A stretch of DNA of 32,000 nt from Moraxella nasovis (GTDB lineage Bacteria > Pseudomonadota > Gammaproteobacteria > Pseudomonadales > Moraxellaceae): assembly GCF_022701215.1 (NCBI RefSeq), contig NZ_CP089976.1, positions 1,530,001-1,562,000 on the forward strand, in the 5' to 3' direction. The first letter of the stretch is position 1, and every line of letters starts with the position of its first letter. Positions 1 to 8,557 of this stretch are shown here, piece by piece. Both the position numbers and the translations under genes were made by a program. The notes below the pieces were generated by a model, which had not been told where the DNA came from, made no database searches, and saw only the letters and a list, made by a program, of their open reading frames with translations.

Positions 1-49
1 ATTTGTAGGTTTTAATTTTGATAAATTTAGGTTTAAATAGGAGCGTGCT

Positions 50-418
50 ATGCTGACGATTTATGGCATAAAAAACTGTAACACCATGAAAAAAGCCTTT
101 GATTTTTTGAATGCACATGGGGTGGCTTATGAGTTTTTTGATTATAAAAAACAAGTTTTATCACAAGATAAGTTTGATGATTTTGTACAAATTTTTGGCA
201 GTCAAGTGATTAACAAACAAGGCACAACCTACCGCAAATTTGATGATAACACCAAAGCGACACTTGAAACTTGCAACACCTCCGCCATGTATGAGATTAT
301 CAAGGATAATCCAAGCGTATTAAAGCGTCCGATTGTATTGGGCAAAATTGGCAATGCTGATGTGGCACTCATTGGATTTGATGAACAAAAATACACACAG
401 ACATTCACGCAAAGTTAA
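50..418 (+). CDS. yffB: ArsC/Spx-family thioredoxin-fold protein (YffB-like)
   Basis: 122-aa ORF with AGGAG 6 nt upstream of the ATG. The N-terminus IYGIKNCNTMKKA and the GTTYRKF and VLKRPIV segments match the YffB branch of the ArsC family as I remember it. Confidence 0.7.
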   Translation: MLTIYGIKNCNTMKKAFDFLNAHGVAYEFFDYKKQVLSQDKFDDFVQIFGSQVINKQGTTYRKFDDNTKATLETCNTSAMYEIIKDNPSVLKRPIVLGKIGNADVALIGFDEQKYTQTFTQS

Positions 419-738
419 GCATAAAGTCAAACACAAAGTCAAACATAACATCAAAGTCTAAGGGCAGATAAATGATGTGATTTGGCTTTTGTTTCTTTCG
501 TTAGTCATTTATAAGATATGTTTTTCTTATGTAAATTTACTTGCAAATCCCTAACTTTTATTGCAGAATAAAGTACCCAATCGTTGATGATTCGGATTTT
601 TGGATATTGATTGACCAAATCTGAATTTTTGATATTTGTAAGTCAATCAAGACTAGCTAGGATAACCGATCGTTAACTTTGGGTAAATTTTGACAGCTGT
701 TAATCAGTTCGTTGTTTATTATTTTTAAGGAAAATGAT

Positions 739-1494
739 ATGAAATTATCACAATCAAGTCTATCTGTGGCGGTGTTATCTACGGCAGTTTTGGCATTGAC
801 AGCGTGTAGTAGTGGCGGTCATAGCTCTTCTACTACCGTTACTAAAACCACAACCGTACCAAGCACCATCACAGGTGTCAATACCACCCCTACCAAGGCG
901 GACGCAGCACAGTCAAACACTGCAAATAACCCAACTACTGCCAAATTTCAAGGCGGCAGCTACGTCGTTCAAGGCAAATCAGTAACATCAAAAACCTTAG
1001 GTACTGATGACATCAACAACTTAGTGATTGATGGCAAAAGCTTTCCGATTGCCTTTTCTGGTATCAATGCAGGTGGTTTCACCAATATTAATGGCGATAT
1101 CACAAGTGGCAACCATGTAAGTCATGTTAAATATGGCGTCAAAAATGATTCAGGCAAAAAATACTATTTCTATCAAGGTCAGCGTACTACCAATATGCCA
1201 ACCACTGGCATAGCTACCTATAAAGGTCGTGCGGTAGTGGGTAATGGTAGTGATGGTACTTCTAATTTCACAGTAAACTTTGCCGATAAAACCTTAGCGG
1301 GCGTCATTACAGATAAGAGCTTGACTGGCGGTAGCTTGGCATTGTCAGCCAACATCAAGGGTAATACTTTTGCTGGCAACAAAAATGGCGTACAGACCGA
1401 AGGTGCGTTCTTTGGTGATAATGCCGCAGAATTGGCAGGCATCTATCAAGGCAAGGGTGCGATTGGTGCTTTTGGGGCGAAAAAATCTCAATAA
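739..1494 (+). CDS. Surface/outer-membrane lipoprotein with TbpB-type C-terminal beta-barrel domain
   Basis: I moved the start from the TTG at 712 to the ATG at 739, which has AAGGA upstream. Signal peptide with lipobox LALTAC, then a Thr/Ser-rich linker. The C-terminal part (GIATYKGRAVVG, FTVNFADKTLAGVI, LSANIKGNTFAG, EGAFFGDNAAELAGIYQG, GAFGAKK) has the strand pattern of the TbpB/LbpB/fHbp-type 8-stranded barrel. Confidence 0.65.
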   Translation: MKLSQSSLSVAVLSTAVLALTACSSGGHSSSTTVTKTTTVPSTITGVNTTPTKADAAQSNTANNPTTAKFQGGSYVVQGKSVTSKTLGTDDINNLVIDGKSFPIAFSGINAGGFTNINGDITSGNHVSHVKYGVKNDSGKKYYFYQGQRTTNMPTTGIATYKGRAVVGNGSDGTSNFTVNFADKTLAGVITDKSLTGGSLALSANIKGNTFAGNKNGVQTEGAFFGDNAAELAGIYQGKGAIGAFGAKKSQ

Positions 1495-1522
1495 ACCCAT
1501 TTAAGCTAAACTAGCCATAAAC

Positions 1523-1553
1523 AAAAAAACAGTCTGTCATCAGGCTGTTTTTT
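1523..1553. terminator. Bidirectional rho-independent terminator between the lipoprotein gene and argB
   Basis: A-run, then a 7-bp stem CAGTCTG/CAGGCTG (one G-U pair) with loop TCAT, then T6. Confidence 0.6.
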
Positions 1554-1634
1554 GTTTTGGTTCAATGACAAATGGCAAGTAGTTGAATGATGAAATTAAC
1601 TCATCAGTCTTTTAAAACCATCTATTTTTTAAAA

Positions 1635-2534
<900 letters not shown>

Positions 2535-2554
2535 TTAGTATGATATTTTATGGG

Positions 2555-3019
2555 TTAATGTGTGCCAGAACTTCCAAAGCCACCCACGCCACGCTCGCTG
2601 ACATCATTAAAATCATCTACGATGGTGAATGTAGGGCGTACCACAGGCACGACCATGTACTGAGCCATACGCTCAGCAGGATTGAGTACAAAGTCGCTGT
2701 CGCTTCTGTTCCATACCGACACCATCAGCTCGCCTTGATAATCAGCGTCAATCAGCCCCACCAAGTTGCCAAGCACAATGCCATGCTTATGTCCAAGCCC
2801 TGAACGTGGCAAAATCAGCCCTGCAAAATTCGGGTCGGCGATATAGATGGCAAGTCCTGTGCCGATGAGTGTCGTCTCGCCAGCTTTGATGGTGATTGGC
2901 TCATCAATGCACGCCCGAAGGTCAATCCCTGCCGAGCCATCTGTGGCACGAGTGGGTAGGGGGAAGTTGGGGTCTTGCCCGATTTTTGGGTCTAAAATCT
3001 TAACTTGAACGGCGTTCAT
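2555..3019 (-). CDS. dut: dUTP diphosphatase
   Basis: [32 protein letters not shown] and GGFGSSG motifs. The track start at 3025 is a GTG; the ATG at 3019 is the likelier start. Confidence 0.9.
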   Translation of the reverse strand: MNAVQVKILDPKIGQDPNFPLPTRATDGSAGIDLRACIDEPITIKAGETTLIGTGLAIYIADPNFAGLILPRSGLGHKHGIVLGNLVGLIDADYQGELMVSVWNRSDSDFVLNPAERMAQYMVVPVVRPTFTIVDDFNDVSERGVGGFGSSGTH

Positions 3020-3215
3020 AATCACTGCTTTTTATGACAAATAAGCTGTCATTATACACCAAGTGCCATCTAAACTAAAAGTAAGTAAGCTTTAAAGCGG
3101 TAAATTTTCCATCATAAGTAGGATTGCTTAATATAAGAAAAGTTTCTGCCAAAACGGTGTGCAAATTGATTATCTTTCAAGTAAAATGAGCCATCGTTTA
3201 AAAAGTGGTGATTGT

Positions 3216-3584
3216 ATGATATTAAAGGCGTTTTTGGTGGTGTTTGGCTGCTTATTTATTGGTGAAGGGGTGATTTGGCTGACAAACTTACCTTTACCGC
3301 CAAGTGTGATTGGGCTTGTGGTGCTATTTATGGCGTTGCAAACTGGCGTAATTGAGCTTAAAACCGTCCAAAAGCTTGCTCAGGTTATGCTTGATTATTT
3401 GGTGTTAATCATCGTGCCAATTTGCATTTCACTCATGCAGTATTTAGATGTGATTTATGATGATTTATGGATTTTATTGACGGCATCGGCAGTTAGTACG
3501 ATTATTGTACTTATCGTAACAGGTAAAGCGTATCAGCTTGGACGTCTTTGGCAAAAAAGACGATCGGGGGGTTTTCATGGATAA
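3216..3584 (+). CDS. lrgA: CidA/LrgA-family holin-like membrane protein
   Basis: About 120 aa with four hydrophobic spans, immediately upstream of and overlapping an LrgB-type gene. I chose the internal ATG at 3216 (MILKAFLVVFG...); 3159 or 3186 remain possible. Confidence 0.7.
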   Translation: MILKAFLVVFGCLFIGEGVIWLTNLPLPPSVIGLVVLFMALQTGVIELKTVQKLAQVMLDYLVLIIVPICISLMQYLDVIYDDLWILLTASAVSTIIVLIVTGKAYQLGRLWQKRRSGGFHG

Positions 3585-4278
3585 GTTATCACCACTTACC
3601 CATAATCCAATCGGTTTGATTCTTGTGTTTTTGGTGGTGTTTTTTGGCTCTATTTGGCTACGTGGACGCATAGGTTGGCAACTGATCAATCCCACCTTGA
3701 TCACAACGGTTGTAATGATTTGGTTTTTGTCGGTATTTGACGTGTCTTGGGAAGTGTTTAATCAAGCGACAAGCCCGTTTACCTTTTGGTTGCAGCCTGC
3801 GATTGTGTGCTTGGCTGTGCCTTTATACTTGCAGTGGCAAAAGATTCGTAAGCAGTGGCTACCTATCATCATCTCTCAGGTGATTGGTAGTATTGTTGGC
3901 ATTGTTTCAGGTGTTTGGCTAACACTGATGCTTGGCGGTTCAAAACAAATTGCTGTCGCTATGGCTGCCAAGTCGGTTACAATGGCGATAGCGGTGGAAG
4001 TAACTGAGAAACTGGGTGGTGTGGTGGCAATTGCAGCAGCGACAGTGCTGATTGCAGGCGTGGTGGGACAAATCATAGGGATTGGGGTGCTGCGTCTTAT
4101 GCATATTCACAGTCCAATGGCTCAAGGCGTATCCATGGGTACAGCATCACATGCCCTAGGCACAGCTAGAGTAATGTCAATGGGACACCGCTATGTGGCT
4201 TATGCGACAATGGGCATGATTTTAAATGGCGTCTTAACGGCGTTTTTAGCACCGATGATTGTGCCTTGGATTTTGTGA
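3577..4278 (+). CDS. lrgB: LrgB/CidB-family membrane protein
   Basis: Polytopic membrane protein with AKSVTMAIAVEV and GTASHALGTAR segments typical of LrgB. The ATG at 3577 overlaps the lrgA stop (ATGGATAA), which implies translational coupling. Confidence 0.75.
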   Translation: MDKLSPLTHNPIGLILVFLVVFFGSIWLRGRIGWQLINPTLITTVVMIWFLSVFDVSWEVFNQATSPFTFWLQPAIVCLAVPLYLQWQKIRKQWLPIIISQVIGSIVGIVSGVWLTLMLGGSKQIAVAMAAKSVTMAIAVEVTEKLGGVVAIAAATVLIAGVVGQIIGIGVLRLMHIHSPMAQGVSMGTASHALGTARVMSMGHRYVAYATMGMILNGVLTAFLAPMIVPWIL

Positions 4279-4291
4279 TTGGGGTGGTTGA

Positions 4292-5533
4292 ATGAAAAAG
4301 ATTTTATTGCTTGATATTGAAAATGTTCAGGTCAAGTCGCACGATATTTTTTTGTTTTGTGAAAAGTATCATGCGGTATACATTAGTTTTGTCAAAACGC
4401 CTGCTATTTTTGCCTTGCAGGATATAAATCAATTAAATAAAGTTTTGGATAAATCGTTATTTTTAATTCCCATGCGAGCAACCAAAAAAGCAAATGCGGC
4501 AGATTTTGGTTTAGGGTTTTACGCAGGTTTACTATCACAAAAATTTAAACCCAACAAAGTGAAATTTCATATTTTATCTAGCGATCAAGATTTTTGTCAT
4601 ATTGTGGATTTGCTGATAGACAAAGGATTTGTTGTTAAGCAAATTTCCAAAGAAAAATACCAAGCAAAAAAACAGATTGACGAAGGGATTCTCCCAAAAG
4701 CTAACTCATTTAATGCAGATATTTATTTACATGATGTGCATCAGATGTGTGTACATTGGGCGGCTCAAAATCTAGCAAACCTACCCAAAAAGCCAAAAAC
4801 ATTGCAAAACGCCATCAAAATACAAACACGGTTATCAGATTCAAGTGTTCATCTTATTATAGATAGACTGCTAACACATCAGCTCATCACCTTAATAGAT
4901 AATAAAATACAGTACAATTTGGCAAATATTAAAACTTGGTCAAAATTAAAACTTAATGAAAAAAAATTGGACAAAGATCAGCTTATCATGCGACATAAGG
5001 AATTAGCCCGCCTGCCCGACATCAAGGATATAGCTAATCAAATTTTATTACGCAGGGTTAAGTTATGTTGTGATTTATGGGTTGATAAACATGATAGACC
5101 CACAGACAGGACCCAGTTATTTGCATGGATTCAACAAAAATTGGCATTAAATCATGATTATGAGATAAATAATACCATACAAGCCTTGCAAAAATGTTAC
5201 ATCATCAATGCTGTTGGAAATTTGGTTTTTGATGACGAGCTGATTGAAAATTGGGCGAATGTTGTGCTCAAAAGTAGCTCTGAACAATTTGTTCGTGTTG
5301 ATAATCGGCTGTTATCAACATTTATGGCACAAAAACTTAAAGATGAACTTCTTTGCCAAGTCAAGGTAGGTCAAGAAGCGATTACCGAAGAGTATTTGGT
5401 GATGGCAAAGGTGATATTTCCTAATGAAAGTGATGTTGTCTTGATGAAGTTGGCAGCATCGCAAGGGTGGGTCAAAATGGTTGATGGTAAAAGTGTATAT
5501 GCTGGTGGACTTGTCAGTAAAAATCTCACCTAA
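4292..5533 (+). CDS. NYN/LabA-type PIN-like nuclease domain protein with repeated C-terminal modules of unknown function
   Basis: GGGGTGG Shine-Dalgarno 13 bp after the lrgB stop. The N-terminal ~125 aa carry the NYN acidic signature LLLDIENV / ANAADFGLGF / ILSSDQDFCHIVDLLIDKGFVV. I do not recognise the rest. The gene is visibly more A+T-rich than its flanks. Confidence 0.6.
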   Translation: MKKILLLDIENVQVKSHDIFLFCEKYHAVYISFVKTPAIFALQDINQLNKVLDKSLFLIPMRATKKANAADFGLGFYAGLLSQKFKPNKVKFHILSSDQDFCHIVDLLIDKGFVVKQISKEKYQAKKQIDEGILPKANSFNADIYLHDVHQMCVHWAAQNLANLPKKPKTLQNAIKIQTRLSDSSVHLIIDRLLTHQLITLIDNKIQYNLANIKTWSKLKLNEKKLDKDQLIMRHKELARLPDIKDIANQILLRRVKLCCDLWVDKHDRPTDRTQLFAWIQQKLALNHDYEINNTIQALQKCYIINAVGNLVFDDELIENWANVVLKSSSEQFVRVDNRLLSTFMAQKLKDELLCQVKVGQEAITEEYLVMAKVIFPNESDVVLMKLAASQGWVKMVDGKSVYAGGLVSKNLT

Positions 5534-5566
5534 CAAAAAACACCGCCATTGGACGGTGTTTTTTTT
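5534..5566. terminator. Bidirectional rho-independent terminator (NYN gene / htpX)
   Basis: A7, then stem CACCGCC..GGACGGTG, then T8, located between convergent genes. Confidence 0.7.
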
Positions 5567-5580
5567 GCGGGTTTGGTAGC

Positions 5581-6486
5581 TTAGCTATTTAGTTTTTGTA
5601 AGGACGCAATGCGATCATCTAATGTGGGGTGGCTTCTAAATAGATTGGCGATACTAAACCCTTGTGATTGACCGCTTGCAATGGCAAAGGCTTTCATGGC
5701 TTCTGGCATGTTATCAGGGCGAGCTTCGGCAGGGCGTAGGGCGTTGAGTGCGGCTATCATGTTGTGTTTGCCTGCAAGTTTTGCCCCCATTTCATCGGCA
5801 CGATATTCACGCAGGCGAGAAAACCACATGACAATGGCACTTGCCAAGATACCAAGCAAAATATCCATGACCATACTGGTTACAAAATAACCAATGCCAG
5901 GGCTGTCGCTTTCATTTTTAAATACCGCTTTATCAACAAAACTTCCGATAATGCGAGCAAAGAACATCACAAAGGCATTCACCACCCCTTGGATTAGGGC
6001 AAGTGTTACCATATCGCCATTGGCGACGTGTCCGATTTCATGTGCTAATACCGCTTCAACTTCTTCGGCAGTCATGGTGTGTAGTAGCCCTGTGGATACA
6101 GCAACCAAAGCATTATTTTTATTCCAACCTGTGGCAAAGGCGTTGGGCTGTGGATTATCAAAAATACCAACTTCTGGCATACCAATGCCCACTGATTTTG
6201 CTTGCTTGGCGATGGTGTCTACAAGCCATCGTTCGGTGCCATTTGTTGGGTTGTCAATGACGACTGTACCTGTGGATTTTTTTGCCATCCACTTTGATAA
6301 AAATAGCGAGATGACTGAGCCTACCATGCCATAAACAAGGCACATAACGGCAAGACTTATGTAGTTTAATCCGCCTTGACCATGTACAGAACCTAGCCCA
6401 AAGACGCTAGATAAAATGCCAAAAACGATACTAAAAACGACCAAAACGGCTATGTTGGTAAGTAAAAACAAGCCAATTCGCATCAT
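5581..6486 (-). CDS. htpX: Zinc metalloprotease HtpX
   Basis: [18 protein letters not shown]-terminus, the HEIGH zinc motif, and SHPTLDDRI near the C-terminus. Confidence 0.9.
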   Translation of the reverse strand: MMRIGLFLLTNIAVLVVFSIVFGILSSVFGLGSVHGQGGLNYISLAVMCLVYGMVGSVISLFLSKWMAKKSTGTVVIDNPTNGTERWLVDTIAKQAKSVGIGMPEVGIFDNPQPNAFATGWNKNNALVAVSTGLLHTMTAEEVEAVLAHEIGHVANGDMVTLALIQGVVNAFVMFFARIIGSFVDKAVFKNESDSPGIGYFVTSMVMDILLGILASAIVMWFSRLREYRADEMGAKLAGKHNMIAALNALRPAEARPDNMPEAMKAFAIASGQSQGFSIANLFRSHPTLDDRIASLQKLNS

Positions 6487-6621
6487 GATGCAAGTTCCTT
6501 TATGAATGATAAAAATCTGTGCAAAGCATCTGCACCTGATTAGACTGATTATTATAAGGGTAAATACTGAAATTTAAAGGGTTTTTTGAGAAATTTTAAC
6601 CAATGGTTATGGTCGTGGCGA

Positions 6622-7299
6622 TTAGGGGTTACTCATTGCCAGATGGATATTGTTTTGATATAAGGTGCGATAAAGCGTATTGACTTTTTTGACGTAATTT
6701 TGGGTTTCACGAAATGGTGGAATGCCGCCATATTTTTGGACATTGCCAAGCCCTGCGTTATAAGCTGCAATGACCAGATCGCGGTTGGTGAAACGTTTTT
6801 GTAGCCATGCTATGTATCTGACACCGCCATCGATATTTTGGGTGATATCCCAAGCGTTCGTTACTCCCATACTGCGTGCTGTATCTGGCATTAGCTGCAT
6901 TAGACCCATCGCTCCGACAGCTGAGCGGGCTTGAGGATTAAAGGAGGATTCTGCGTGCATGATAGACTTGATTAGAGCAGGATCAACTCCGTATTTTTGG
7001 GCAGCGGCGATAATGAGTGTGTCATAGGTTGTCGGCGTGGATAAGGTGCTGACCAAAAGGTGGTTGCTGGCACTCGGCTGGATGCTATCAGGGTAGTAGG
7101 TATGGCTAATTTGAGTGAACTTTTTTGTGCCATCGACATTTTGGATGATGTTTGTCAGCAGCAGCTGTTCATTCTCATCTTGGTAAATGTAGGTTTGAGC
7201 TGACCAAGCATTAAGCGAAACTGCCGCAACAAAAAGATGTGGCACAAGCTTTAATAGGCGTGATGATAGGTGTAAGCGATGTGTAAGCTTCATAATCAT
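6622..7299 (-). CDS. Secreted lytic transglycosylase (SLT domain)
   Basis: AESSFNPQARSAVGAMGLMQLMP catalytic motif and AYNAGLGNV. The track ORF (to 7377) overlaps the tRNA, so I trimmed to the ATG at 7299 (or 7293), which gives a signal peptide ending AWSAQ. Confidence 0.8.
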   Translation of the reverse strand: MIMKLTHRLHLSSRLLKLVPHLFVAAVSLNAWSAQTYIYQDENEQLLLTNIIQNVDGTKKFTQISHTYYPDSIQPSASNHLLVSTLSTPTTYDTLIIAAAQKYGVDPALIKSIMHAESSFNPQARSAVGAMGLMQLMPDTARSMGVTNAWDITQNIDGGVRYIAWLQKRFTNRDLVIAAYNAGLGNVQKYGGIPPFRETQNYVKKVNTLYRTLYQNNIHLAMSNP

Positions 7300-7343
7300 A
7301 AACCAAACCCCTACAATAACTTGCAGGGGTGAGATGATAAATT

Positions 7344-7420
<77 letters not shown>

Positions 7421-7899
7421 TTTTAAAAATTATCAATAAATACAATGATTTACTGATATTTGAATTCCACAACAAACCAAAATGCAAAATGATTTTTTAA
7501 TGGGTGGATAATAGTTGTGAAATATTGCTGTATATCGCAATAGGCGTATTATACACAATGAACAAAAAAAATAAAAGAGCTAAATGAACGAAAGTTGTTA
7601 TTGGTCAGTTGCCCTTGAACCTAAAAAGCAATCGCTAGATTACCAAGCACAAAAGTCGCATAAAAGCCTATATATTATAGATACTATGATTTAATATTTT
7701 TTTATTTTTTATTTTTGGTGTGTTTAAGTATGCCAAAGACAACTGCTAAAACCAATAAATCTTGGTAAAGTAAGTAATTGCCTAATTATTAAAATCTATT
7801 TGTAACTTTTGGTGTTTTATTTTATGATAGCGGTAAGTAGCGTGCGTAAATGCACTTAAATTTAACATTAAAAGTAAATTAAAGTAATAAGGATAAACT

Positions 7900-8169
7900 A
7901 TGATTCATCATAACACCGATACACACAGATTTGAGACGACGATTGATGGGCATACAGCGTATCTAAGCTATGTCAAGCTTAATGATGATACGTTAGAATA
8001 CGATCACACCATCGTGCCAAAAGAGCTTGGCGGTCAGGGGCTTGGGACAAGACTTGTCAAGTTTGCCTTAGATTATGCCAAAGAACACCATAAAAAAGTC
8101 GTGCCAAGTTGTAGTTTTGTGGCAAGCTTTATCAATAAAAACCCTGAATACCAGTCGCTTTTGGCATAA
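7900..8169 (+). CDS. Small GNAT-family N-acetyltransferase (YjdJ-like)
   Basis: 89 aa with HRFETTIDGHTAYLSY, GGQGLGTRLV and VVPSCSFV, matching the short GNAT_2-type family. Confidence 0.65.
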   Translation: MIHHNTDTHRFETTIDGHTAYLSYVKLNDDTLEYDHTIVPKELGGQGLGTRLVKFALDYAKEHHKKVVPSCSFVASFINKNPEYQSLLA

Positions 8170-8192
8170 GCCCTACAATTAATGGAGTGATT

Positions 8193-8477
8193 ATGAGCAG
8201 TCTAACATCTGGGCAAATCGCCCTGCAATTAGAAAGTCTAACTGGCTGGCAGATTATCGATAAGCGTTTGGTGCGAGTTTTTGAATTTGACACTTTTGCC
8301 GATGCGATAGCCTTTATTACTCGTGCCGCTTTTGTGTGTGTGGAGCTTGAGCATTATCCAATCTGGGAAAACCATTATAATCAGCTGATTGTTAAAATCG
8401 GTGACCCAAGCCGTGACGATGTGCATGGGCGCGATGTTCAGCTTGCTAAACGCATTCAAGCATTATTTGAGTCTTAA
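8193..8477 (+). CDS. phhB: 4a-hydroxytetrahydrobiopterin dehydratase (PCD/DCoH)
   Basis: LTGWQ, FEFDTFADAIAFITRAAFVCVELEHYPIWENHYNQLIVKI. The ATG at 8193 is preceded by GGAG; the track start at 8187 is a GTG. Confidence 0.8.
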   Translation: MSSLTSGQIALQLESLTGWQIIDKRLVRVFEFDTFADAIAFITRAAFVCVELEHYPIWENHYNQLIVKIGDPSRDDVHGRDVQLAKRIQALFES

Positions 8478-8491
8478 TCTTTGGTGTGCTT

Positions 8492-8520
8492 TTGCATTGA
8501 TGTTTATAAAGCATTAAAAT
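8492..8520 (+). promoter_or_regulatory. Candidate sigma70 promoter for parC
   Basis: TTGCAT, 17 nt, TAAAAT. A second candidate, the extended -10 TGGTATTAT, lies at 8523-8531. Sequence match only. Confidence 0.3.
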
Positions 8521-8557
8521 TTTGGTATTATGGCGTTTTTAGCCATTAAACTACTTT

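Noticed and set aside
712-738. Upstream extensions of track ORFs: the TTG at 712 for the lipoprotein, 3159 for lrgA, 3538 for lrgB and the TTG at 22698 for yeaC-like.
   Set aside because: Internal ATGs with proper Shine-Dalgarno spacing or stop/start overlaps give N-termini that match the expected signal peptide or family N-terminus. The extensions add non-homologous residues.
3017-3027. A recurrent (G/A)TGAT(T/C)ATG start context gives MIM- N-termini in the track for dut, the transglycosylase, the pterin dehydratase, purH, the DASS transporter and the BI-1-like gene. I considered a shared regulatory motif.
   Set aside because: GG(A/G)GTGAT(C/T) is simply complementary to the 3' tail of 16S rRNA (…GAUCACCUCC…), so it is an extended Shine-Dalgarno with a short spacer. 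The upstream GTG/ATG codons are part of the ribosome-binding site, and I moved the starts to the downstream ATG.
7421-7899. A 480-bp A+T-rich noncoding gap next to the tRNA gene, including a 12-codon ORF MPKTTAKTNKSW (7730-7768). I considered a decayed integration site or a small gene.
   Set aside because: I could find no direct repeat of the tRNA 3' end, no integrase remnant and no Shine-Dalgarno for the mini-ORF. The gap probably holds divergent promoters for the tRNA and the GNAT gene.
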